From Marsupella aquatica (taxonomy: Eukaryota > Plantae > Marchantiophyta): a stretch of DNA of 64,000 nucleotides. The stretch spans positions 19,431,048 through 19,495,047 of the forward strand of contig OZ316891.1 of NCBI GenBank assembly GCA_973895155.1, written 5' to 3'. The notes below the pieces were generated by a model that searched no databases, had not been told where the DNA came from, and saw only the letters and a program-made list of their open reading frames with translations. Below, in pieces: positions 27,511 to 38,976 of this stretch. Within the stretch, counting starts at the first letter, position 1, and every line of letters starts with the position of its first letter. The translations under genes and the position numbers were made by a program.

Positions 27511-27578
27511 CTTGTATTCCCGTAATCTGCCTTCCTGACACATCTTGTATTCCCGTAATCTGCCTTCCTGACACATCT
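27511..27578. repeat. Exact 33-bp tandem duplication
   Basis: CTTGTATTCCCGTAATCTGCCTTCCTGACACAT occurs twice. Confidence 0.9.
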
Positions 27579-28940
27579 GACGGTTTGGAACTCTGTAACC
27601 TGGCTACGGAATCCCATAATGCACCTACAGAACCCATAACTACCAGATGGAAAATTAGTATTTCATCCACCTTAAACTTAGGGCCACTTTACAAGACGGG
27701 CGCGGCAATTTGAGTGTTTTCTACCAGGGCTGTGACAGAGCCCAACTTTAGTGGTACGGTAGGACTCTAGACCAATCCAAGGCAGGAATCCTAGGAGGAA
27801 GCGGGCTGCCCATTTTCGCCCTCCGGAGGTCCGATAGTCTAGCGCCCGGATGAGAGTCCCAAGCCGGCTGGCCCGAGCTGATCCATACCAGAATGCAGGT
27901 TCGGTTATTCCCGCAGCTCAACTTGCCGCGCCACTCTTCTAAAGCAAGGAGCGCCCGGGCAGGCTGAAACAACGGTTGTGATTGATTCGATCATGAAAAA
28001 AGAGGGACTAAATTGCCACGCCCGTCTTGTAAAGTGGCCCTTATTCCGTCCAAAACACATTTTCCATCCATACGTGGGTCCATACGTGTACATTCAATTG
28101 GCATATTCCATCCTTCAGAATAGGTTCGGAATAGGCTTCTGTCAACAAGGGGTTTCAGAATAGGGTATGATTTGATGTTTCAGCTTTGTGTATGCTGAGT
28201 TCACACTCGTAAAACTTTTATTCACTTTTAGTATTGAACCCGAATAGTGATTTGGAAGAAGTAAAGTACTCAAAAAATTCCACTTATTCAAGGGAGTCAT
28301 GCAAAGTTTAACCGAATAGTAAAACCATTCTTGCTGTACATAGGTGTGCTGATTCAGCCGATACAGCCATATCAGTAAATTCCTGATATGTACAATGTTT
28401 TGACTTACTGTTATTTCCTGCTAATGCTACTTTACTGAAATATCTGAAAACTAAGTAAAATATCACTAACTAAAATATCACAGGCCTGCGTCCTCCTTCT
28501 CATCCTCCCCTGCCTTGACAATTTTAATTGATACTGAACAATTGTGGAAGGAGTTTCCAGATATGTTGCTGCCCACAGAAACTCTGGCTGGTGGTGGGCC
28601 TGAATTCTCTCATGAAGCAAAGGGTTCTGCTTCAACAACTCGCCCACCCAATCAATTCTGTCATAGGACGAATCCCATCTGGCAGCATCTGTTCTTTGTA
28701 ATAACATATCCCCAACAACGTGGCTTCCTTCCACACACAAAACAAACATTAATCTCAGTCTTGCTAGACAGGCAACAACCGAAAGTTGAAACAGGTAGAA
28801 ACAAACCTGCTGTGAAGCTCTTGCTGATGTTTCTCCTAGTACTCCACTCAAACCGGTACATCCCTCCCAACCAACAAAATTGCCATTAGCAACAATACCA
28901 AGAAACTCACTCACAAACAAATCAAAGTTTATGAACATAC

Positions 28941-30869
28941 CTGTACAAGTGTCATGAGTGAAGGTTGCACATTAGCCTTTTCGTTCACCCTGTCAACAAG
29001 GGGTTTCAGACCCTCGGATGATCCAACAAGCTTCTCCTGGACAATAGACTTCGAAACATATCCAAGAGCCTTCTCATAATCAAGGCCTGGACTAGCAGAG
29101 ACCAGGGCTACAGCCTCCATCTTAAGTTCTTGAGTTCTGTCGTAACGAGAATAACCTCCGGTTGAATGATGCCCACTAATCAGCATACCAACCACATTAG
29201 GGACTCCTTTTGCAGCTAGTCGAGAGATTAGTGTGGTCCTTCCAGTTCGGTTGGAAAAAAGATTAGGGGGCAGCCCCACCAGCGCCAAATATTCTTAAGC
29301 CAATGAGCAGCAGTATCTCTCCCTACCTTGTGGACTTTGTTATACCAGACATTCCCGGCAGGATTGGTAATCGCCTGCATAAAGAGGTCAGGCTTTGACG
29401 ACTCTGCTTTTGGAGATAAATGGCGTTTGTACTGATTAACAGTCAGCACAAAATCAACTTCGTAACTATGATACATCTTTCTAAACTGCTCTTCGTTGTA
29501 TCGATCCAGCGTGTAAGAGTTATTCTTACTTTGGCGCTCCTCGAACCTGAACAAATTCAAATGTTTATTAGTATTACTGGCACACAAGAAACAGATACAA
29601 CAAAGTTACATCTCATAAACATAAATATCACCTGAACAGAAAACACTTACTGCACATAGCTTCTTCCTGCCTTGTCAATGCATACAGATAAGTCGCCTCT
29701 ATGGAGGTCATAGAGCTCGCCGCCTCCACGAATGCCAAGCCTGACCAGATAGTAAAATGCCAAGCACTTTTGACATCCGTGACTGCTTGTCACTTGGTGG
29801 TCAATGTCAGCCATAATAGCGTTCTCGTGCTCCTCTGTCAATATCTCAACCTGGATCAGTTAAACATCCAAAAGTCAGAAGCAGCAGAATAGATCTACAA
29901 GCACACGACATCTTTAAAGGCAATGCAAGCTGACAACTCTCACCTTCTTTCGTTTCTTGTTAGCCCCCTCCCTCGCAGACTTCTTGATGGCAGCTTTCAG
30001 CACCATTCGAGTTCTTGAGAAGGCCGGATGTGAGTTGATGTTGAAATCTCTCGGCAGAATGTAAGAAGAGCCCTTCAACGATCTCAGATCACTCCCTCGC
30101 CTCAACACTCGATTGAAGCTATTCATTTGGTTCATGAGTGAAGATGATGGGTAAACATTACCGTCTTTCTTCACTGCTCGAGCAAAATAGTTGCTGAGCA
30201 ACTCGTCCACTTGCACAAGTGACAAGTCTCCAAATGCAATACTCAAGTCCCACCCCATCCCCTTCCGCAACCCGTTTGCCCTCCTAACAGCCCATTAATC
30301 ATTCCGTTCGGACGGCAACTTCTCCAGTCCTCGGCCTGCTTCCTCTAAAGTAGGATCAGGTAGGAGTCTCAAGCCTGGCAGGCTTACTTCCACGTCTAGA
30401 TCTTGCCTCAAGGCGGACGAACTTGCAGCCGCTTGATCCAAATGGTTCTGCTCAATAACCTGCAGCCCACTTTCAACCTCATTGACAAGCTCTCGATCAG
30501 GCTCGACCAAAGTAGACAAAACATCCAAAGAAACAGCTTCTATAGATGCCTCGTCAAATGCAGTGGCCGAATCAAACTCTGAAAGGTCACAAGTCTCCCC
30601 ACCAACACTCAAATCATCCATATAAAACATCTCCCTCTCGGCGTCTGAATAATCGCCAGGAACAACTTCATCGCTTAACTCTCCCTCCATCTTCATACGA
30701 GCTACTTCACAGATCACTCCGAACGACACAAGTTGCTCAGTCGCTACAGCCATTTGACTACTCAACATCCGCAGCAATGCATAAGTACTACAACTCAACA
30801 ACAAGCAATCGAACGATATAACGACGCTCCACTTCAATGCTGCATTTGCTTCCACCCCGCTATCCATGA
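28941..30869 (-). pseudogene. Crypton-like (DUF3504-type) tyrosine recombinase, spliced, with one in-frame stop and one frameshift
   Basis: Exons about 30753-29944, 29850-29651 and 29546-28941 are joined by GT-AG introns (AAG|GTGAGA, CA|GTAAGT, CAG|GTATGT). The product reads WAVRR..., VDELLSNYF....KKDGNVYPSSSL, F...R.VL....K.....G, GCQKCLAFY....LGIRGGGELYDL...D, FEERQSKN, WY....VG, FSNRTGRTT.ISRL...GVP.....ISGHHS..GY..YD, i.e. the YR catalytic R, K, xxxR, H and Y. There is a TAA at 30295-30297 and a 1-nt frameshift at about 29288. Confidence 0.82.
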
Positions 30870-31346
30870 TCTGCAAACAATGCATGGCGCATGCAAAAAT
30901 TCAAAACAAAACAGAACTGAAAATGTAAGGCTCCCCCTGGTCGCAACACAGTCGCGTTTGGTTTGAAACCAGCTCAAACATGCCGCGCTCCATCCCGCCA
31001 CCATCTCCAAGCTTTCACCACCACCATCGCCATTGCATTGCCTCGCCCCGCCGGATCGTGCAGCGCTTTGCTGCAGTCTGTAGTCTCCGAGCTCGGCCTT
31101 GCCCCGCCGGATCGCGCAGCGCTTCGCTGCCTCCCAGCTCTGCCTCGTTCAACATCGTGACGAAACAGCCGCAGCCCGCCTGATTTGCAGAATACCCCCT
31201 CCCACCTTCGCTACGATCAAATTGACGGTCCCGATACAATGTCTCTTCGATCCAATGACCTAGAATGTTTTAACCTTCATGAGCCGGTGAACCTGAAACA
31301 TAGATCGCGATTATGTACATTAACGACGATCCAGGCCATCCATTAC

Positions 31347-31678
31347 TGTTGAACTAAGACGTCATTCGCAACGACCATACAACCATGACTCATTCCATGC
31401 ACACGTAGTCGACACAATCTCTACGTGGTTCACCTCTTCTCCAAGGCTACGTCCACACGAACACTCAAGCTTTACTTCAAGAGTAGACGAACACACATGC
31501 TCTCTCTCTTCCTCCTGTTGTTCTGTTACAATGAGTAAGCACCACCCACCAGCGGCTTACACTAGCCCTGGTATATACAAGGTCACACACGACTAATCTA
31601 ACCTCAGCTAAGATCCTAACTGTGGTTAGCCTAAGTGCCGTAACCTATGAGTCACAAGACTAAGAGCAATCCTTAACA
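31347..31678 (-). mobile_element. Solo LTR (332 bp, Copia-like) with 5-bp TSD ATTAC
   Basis: Termini are TGTTG...TAACA, and ATTAC flanks both sides (31342-31346, 31679-31683). The reverse complement is homologous to the solo LTR at 52185-52528, sharing GTGGACGTAGCC and GAGGTGAACCACGTA. Confidence 0.9.
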
Positions 31679-34490
31679 ATTACTGGGGTGTACCACCGGT
31701 CACGCCTGTGTCAGAACCCGGTCGCCCCGTTACACCCCAGTAACGGTCGACCAGATCGTCGTTACCCTATACGTATCTGTGTCACTATTAGCCACTTTCA
31801 CACCAAATTATGGACCCTCTTAGCCATAATCTGAGGGTCTTCCGTAAATCTAAGGATATGTGACGGTCAAGAAATAATTCAGGAAGAAGAGATAAATGAT
31901 ATTCCTAACAGAGAGACATCTCCTCCATTAGAAAGGGAGGCATTTGCCACACTGGCCTTAAAAAATAAGCTGCTTAGTAGCCTGTAACCCGTGACAATTG
32001 AGGAATGTGACAACAAAATTTGGAAAAGCTCAAGGGCACAAGCGGGGAAGCTTGTTTGTAACCTTGTGACCAAAAAATGAGGAAAAGCATACTTGCAGGA
32101 GTCGGGAAGGTTTTTTTGAGCTTTCTGGAAAGAGGGTTAATTAGGGCTAGAACCCCTGCTCATACCTCCTTTAGAATAAGAAATTAGTCTCAAGTTACTA
32201 CCTGGCAATAAAATTATGGAATAGCAATGGAATTAGTGTCATGTTACTCCCAAACAATGAATTATGGGAATAGCAGGTATCTCTAGAAATGTTTCACATG
32301 GGTAACCTGCATTCCATACAAAATTAAAATGGCCACTACATTAGTTTTGGATACATTGCATCCAACCCCTTTAGAAAATGCTATGGAATTTTTGCCAGGG
32401 AATGAATGAGAGAGAGAATTGATAATTTAAGATGTTGACACCTCATGCTTTAAGTCCCCCTAGTACTTTCATTTGCTAAGCTTATGGTTTTTATTCTCAT
32501 TATCTAAGGCAAGGGAAGATCTTGCCTAAGTTATGTGCACAGTTTTTGATTGATTTGGGTGTCATTAGGGCAAGTGAGAATCTGTAGCTTGTGTGCCCAA
32601 CTTTTCTAGACTTGTGTACTTGTACTTTCCCTTATCATTATGTGAAATGTACTTTTATTTTGCATGTGATGTACTTCTCCCACTCAATCTTATCATTCAT
32701 TACACATCATTACAAGACAAAAAAGAAGAAGCATGTTCTAGGATGAAAATGTTATATTATGTAGGGATTTGATCCCATCCTTTTTAGTTTCAGTAAGGAG
32801 ACAATACCCAACAATGGGTGAGATCAGGTATTGTAATGTTTGTTTTGTTTTTCTCTGCTTTTCAGATGGCTACTATGTATTCTGACAAAAGAGAGTGGCA
32901 GTTGGCTATTTGGGCTTGTCTTTTAGCTTGGAATAAAGCAGCCAGTTCTGGTAAGCCGCTCCAACTCACCCTTATGTTGAAATATTATGGAAAAATCTAA
33001 TTTCATTACAGAAAACAAAATTCATAGTTGGATATCCCTCAAGGGAGAACCAAGAGGACCTTGTGATATCTATGCAATCGGACATTCAAGTGCACCTTGG
33101 GAAAAATTGCACTAAGACAATGTTGGGGTTTAAGAAAATCTGATTACACCCACTTAGAAGCAAGTTTAATTTACTTTTGGTGCTGAGAGCCTGAATGCAC
33201 AGGTCATTGTAGCGTGCAAGGAAACATAGAAATTTTCCTCGCATGAGCAAAACTTTTCCTCACATGACCCCTAAGTTTTCTATATGCAATTTGCCTCGCT
33301 GACAGTAATCTGGTTGATAGCATCCATTTTGGGGACCCCTCTTTTTGCTAGCTATCTCGCTAGCCATCTGGAGTCATAAAAAACACACAAAAATTAGAAA
33401 AGGCAGCAAAAAGCAAAATACTGCCCTCGCTAACAAAATTCCTGTTTGCTCGCATTATAGAATACCTCTGAATGCACATTCTTTGAATATTGCTAGAGAT
33501 GAGACCAAAAAAAATTGCAACTTCATCTTTGCCCCATCTGTGCTTTTAGGTATGCATTTTACTTTCAATTTTGTCATTATTCTTTTTGTCTTCATCTAGA
33601 ACTAAAAGCCCAAATGGACTGGTAGGTTGTCTATGAAGCCCACATGGACAAACCAAACTTGGATGGACTTGACTCAAACACACATATATGCTTGGAAACT
33701 ATGTTTTACACTTGTGTACAAAACTACCCAGTCAGATCATCACTTTTCTCCAACTATCCAAAAATACCATGACAAAGCACCATCTCTGTTCATTTTTGTC
33801 CAAGGGTACCATGTACCATCATTGATTGCAAGCCTCGATGTATTCTCTTAATATTCTATTCCCTCAAGCTAGTCACTTTAACCATTTTTTTAGAGTTCAA
33901 TAAAAAACATAAAATATGTGAGGTATGTTTAGATATTTGTAGGCCTTATCCGGTCTTTATGGTAAATAAACTTATGTGCAGACTAAGCTCTTCATAATTT
34001 ACTCATAGCGCCTCAAGTAGTTTGTTCAATGAGCAAAAGTAAAATTAGCTCAATTTTTTTTCAAGAATATTTTTATGTTTATAGTAGATCGCAAAACTCC
34101 CACAAAAGGGGGAAACAAGCACCACAATGACCCATGAACCAATATAACAATTTCCACTAGGAAAGCAAGGGACAAATCTTGATTTTCATAGAGAATTGCT
34201 CTTGAGATGGAATACTATTTTCCAGAGAGTGTTGCCCTTGTGTTAAGGAGGGGTTTGACTTATTTTGTTACAGCAAAGCTACCTCGCTACCTCAGATTTT
34301 AATCGAAAAGAGTATTGTTGAGAAATTTTATTTTTCAGAGAGTGCTACTCTTGTTACAACTCTTGTTACAATAAGCGCTTTGAGTACTTTGTCATCGCAA
34401 AGGTCTCAAAAATTTCAAATATAGTATTAGATGTACACTTTTATTTCATTTGATGCATGTTTTCAGTTCACTTTTAGGTGTACATAGTCT

Positions 34491-34645
34491 CCTAACATAA
34501 TTAAAATGTAGGTAAACAGGTAATGAGAATATTTATTACCTAGATTTTCTCATCATTAGGTGTGAGATGCTCAATTTTCCTAACATAATTAAAATATAAA
34601 TAGATAGATAATGAGAATATTTATTATCTAAATTTTCTCATCATT
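34491..34645. repeat. Tandem duplication, about 88 bp, 2 copies, AT-rich
   Basis: CCTAACATAATTAAAAT...TAATGAGAATATTTATTA.CTA.ATTTTCTCATCATTAGGTGTGAGAT.CTCAATTT occurs twice. Confidence 0.85.
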
Positions 34646-37600
34646 AGGTGTGAGATACTCAATTTCTGTGTCAAAGTCCATGGGGATGTTGGGAGGGTAC
34701 CTCCCGGTCCATCCGGGCTTTGGTTTCATTTATCTAAAGTTAGTTTCTATAAACTTTATTCTCAAAGTCTACACCTCAACTCTAGCTTCTTTTCACACTT
34801 TAATAAATAAGAAGATATCACAAACCAGGTTCCTATTGGGCTGGGGTATTTGAATGCTAACTGTGGAGTTAGTATAGGTGGGACTAAGTTCGAAGCATGT
34901 CAAACAGCTGTTACCTGAGACTGAATCAAAAAGTAAATGATAATCATCACGAATGAGTTGGTCAACTTTTGAAGGTAGAGAAACTGACGCTCGGTGGCAA
35001 ATCCGTTAATTGTCGATGAATCAACCTATCAAAAACTGGAAATATCATCGACAATAAGTTCAATCCCAGGCATCAAATTATCAAAAGGAGCGAATAGGAA
35101 AGGTGGGAAGAACAAAAGGATCATGCCCTTCGACAAGTGTATTCCTTGTTAATGTGATTCCCCAAATTGAAGACGGAAATCTGGATATATTCCTTTTGAA
35201 TCTAAAAAAAGAGCAATTATTGAGGGCCTCCATAATAACGGCATAATTATGTGCCCCTTTTTGCAGCATGCAGCCAGATTCTCTAAAGTTAAGGTTTCTC
35301 TTCTTCACAAGTGTACAATAGGGGGTTCAAAAATTGATGTACAAGAACTTAGGTGCCTTAAGGACATAAGAAGTTTTGGACTACTGTAGAGAGTTCATGA
35401 TATGCTACTTTTTGCCATAAAGATAATCATATGCCACGACCATGAATAAATGGAGAGGCTAGTGAAAACCAAAGAACTCACATTTGCTAATGGCCAAAAA
35501 TAATCGTTAGTAACTATCAAGCTTTGGAAGAGGAATATTTTTAATAGACCCCTTTATCTGGAAACTTTACTTGATCAGTCCCTTGGAACTATTGTTACCC
35601 AATCAACCCCCTCTTAATGAGTTGTAGAGAGAGTTCTTCTAAACCAAGAAACTATACATTTTTTGTCCTTGACCTACCATGTCTCTTTGCAGTCTTGTCG
35701 CTATGCTTTACCATGTTGTGTGGCACACAATGAGGAGCGCACAAATAAATTTTTGGGTGAAGACATTATGAGTTGAGTTGAGTAAACCCTTATATATTCA
35801 AATCCAAAAGTAAAAAAAGGAGAGGAGAGGACAACAACTGAAGGGTCACTTCCGAGATTGATTCTCTATATATATCAAAAGTATACAAGACTTTGGGATA
35901 AACTCCTCTCCTTTTTTTACAATTCTAGTCTCCCCAGATCCCGGCCCAGATCACACTAGTCCTAACTGGGGTCATTTTTGGGAGGTTTTCTCTACTAGTG
36001 AGAGAGTTCCAATAGTACCTTCCTCATAATTGGTAATTTGTGGTGAAGTCTTGAGATCATGCAGAATCCACATAAAGCACAGTGATGATGATCGTGCCCT
36101 TGAACGTACCTAAACATTCCGAGCAGACAAGCAGCCGGTCAAATACTCTAGTACGTACTTAATTTTCAAACCCAAAGGGTTCGTTGCTAGTATCAAATTC
36201 TCCATGCACTTCATTGTCAAACCCAAATGGTTCGTTCCTAGTGTGATCTACTAGTACTGTAATCTGCCAGAACGTCATGTACTGCTTCAACAGTTCGTTA
36301 AATCCGAGCTGGGTGCAGCTGAGTACAGGAATTTTACGGGAAAGATCGAAAGTACTGTCATGTGGCCCTGGACTGTCTTTGTTCCTGCCTTGACTTGACT
36401 CTGCTTTGACCCCATCGTTTCATTCTGCCAATCTGTGACAAAAATTTAGGAAATGTTTGTGAATTTTGTCAGGTCTTGGGCCCACTTTAACATCCAGGTG
36501 GGATGCTTAGAATCTTTAGAATGTTCTGACCATTTGGTGTGCAACCTTGAGTTATCAATGGATACACGTACATAGAGTTGAAAACTGAAATCTTGAGTAA
36601 TTTTGTATGACGTTACGTTATGATCTGAAAAAGAAGAGATGTTAACTTTTTGCCAGGGCATGCGCTAACCTACGGCCCCTACAATTATTATTTTGGGATT
36701 GTGAAAAGCATCGCCCAGTGGTGAGAGTCAGTCAGTTGCCGCGTTTTTTGGGGGGCAATTACATCAGGGTTGCTAAAAAGGCGACCCTAGGACTCTAGAC
36801 GCATAACTGGCATCCTACACGAATGAGTGGTGAGAAAATTGGGGACAAGTCAACCTGGATCTGAGGCGAAATGAACCCACTGGTGAGAGCCTGGGTTCAC
36901 CATGGAACTCCAGATGGTGAACCCGAGTTCCCTATCCATGACGAAAATTCGCTCAGAATCTCCACATCTATCTATGATAGCCTGACAGAAAACTAAGATA
37001 AGAGTTTATGGTCTAGAGTGAAGACTCTAGACTCTGACTTTGAGGGCACAACTACAATGGAGTGAAATTGGATATGGGCACAATAGTACTACCATTTGTT
37101 TACAAGCAAAACTCACATTCAGGCGGGTGACTACAACTCTTCCCTGAACGTACTCCAACTGTACACACCGACCATGGAACTATCACAACCACTATGGCTT
37201 TGTACTAAGTAGTCACGGAAGATATTGTGTACTCTATCACATAGTTATTCAGGTTTGTCGGTGATTACTTCTTTTTGGGGATGAAAAGGGGGGCAGGGGG
37301 CGGTGTGGCCATGGGAACTCAAATAATTAACACTACACAATAAAAGAAACATGGCAATAACCCAACTACACATTAGCAAGCAGAAAGCAAGGTTGGGGGA
37401 GAGGATTTGCTAGGTTATCAACACAGTCTGAAGGGGATGAAATTGGCAGCCGCCATTAGAGTGATTCATCCACGATCCAGTTAGATTTTAACCTCTGTAG
37501 ACAGTGCTGTGGTAGTTTGGAACTTGAGTTGCTCCTCCCCTCGCTTGTCTTTACCCTGGGCTCCACGTGACAACGCAATGAAGGCATATGGTGACACCTT

Positions 37601-37799
37601 TCTGGGTTTGGGCGGAAATGACCCCACAGAGGAGACCCCACAATTTCCTCTGTGATGTGTGCCATAATTCACTCACAAAAAAAACAATGTGCATATACCC
37701 CAATTCAGCTGCAAGGACCAAGGTGAATCACTACCTGACATTGAGGTATGCTAAAGTCCTTTCAAGTGGGCATTGTCCTGGATAAAGCCTGAGGGCACC

Positions 37800-38165
37800 T
37801 ACCCAACGTGCTTTTTAGGGGACATTGTGCTGGACAAAGGGCTTCAAGGTGCTGGAGCCTGACTCAGACTTATCTCACTTTTGGAATGTTTGGTAACCGA
37901 AAACCTACTCAAGGCATTTGAGAATCAGCCAAGGTGCTTTTCAAGGGATATTGTCCTCGTGAAAGGGCTCCAGGGTGCTTGGAGCCTAATTCAGAGTTAT
38001 CTTATGCTTGGAATGTTGGTAGCTGAAACCTGCCCAAGGAATTTTAAAATCACCCAAGGTGCTTTTCAGGGGTCATTGTCCTCGTGAAAGGTTCTTCAAG
38101 GTGCTTGGAGCCTGACTCAGAGTCATCCTAATTTTGGTAGCTGAAAATCTACCCGGGGAATTTGA
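37800..38165. repeat. Tandem repeat, about 125-bp unit, about 3 diverged copies
   Basis: CCAAGGTGCTTTTCA.GG...ATTGTCCTCGTGAAAGG....CA.GGTGCTTGGAGCCT.A.TCAGAGT.ATC recurs near 37803, 37929 and 38054. Confidence 0.8.
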
Positions 38166-38976
38166 TCATCTGTCAGGTCACCAGTTCTGTGATACACTTT
38201 CAACCAGTCACAGACGTTTCTATCGTTCAATAGATTTGTAGCCTGGATATGGCTAGAACTCATTGTAACAATGACTCTAATTATATAATAGCCATCAAAA
38301 TCTACTCAAAGTCATTTCAGTCCAGAGTGAACCCTCTAGGCTATGACTCACGGATGCAACTGAAATTTGGGGTGCAATTGAAAACCAGGAACTGGGGGCC
38401 AGGTGAGTTGGGGGTGAGGTGAGTCTCTGAAAACAGTGGGACGTACTCACCCTTACTTATGCTCAAAGAACTGACACTCAGGCCGGTTAAGCTTAATTAT
38501 CAACTTGCAATACCTATTTTTGTAGGGTATAGGAAAGAGGTACTTGTTGGCGTTGGAAGGGCCAATTTTCCAAATTTCTGCACTCCTTTATAAATGAATA
38601 TTAAAATGTGACAATATATTGTGTATAATGAATAAACTCACTAATCTATATGATGGGGTAATCATGGTATGGAGTGACATAATCAATTGTTTTTTGTCAC
38701 ATAACAATCATTGATAGAAATAGAATAACTGGGTTTATTATGGTATGGAATGACATAATACATTATGTATTATGTTGTCACCTTTTGATGGGCAATTAAG
38801 GGGGACTTGTATAAATGTAGCTTGGCCAATGCAGATTGCCACTAGCATTACTTCCAGGGTTCGAGTTTAATCTGCACCTTAGTGACCATGGAGGTCTCTG
38901 CATGGCACCTGGATAAATTTGTATAAAGCATGATTCGGACATGTCGGATTGACAGCGCTCCCCCACCTCCATTTTC

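Noticed and set aside
27462-27737. Possible solo LTR ending in TGTGACA
   Set aside because: No matching TG start and no TSD.
28432-28938. ORFs downstream of the recombinase, including a Cys-rich frame (CFVCGRKPRC)
   Set aside because: Probably further small exons and introns of the recombinase gene, but phase and acceptors are ambiguous. The Cys-rich frame crosses intron-like sequence, so no zinc finger is called.
30295-30297. In-frame TAA in the recombinase as a possible read-through or editing site
   Set aside because: A separate frameshift at about 29288 indicates ordinary pseudogenisation, and stop-removing RNA editing in plants is organellar.
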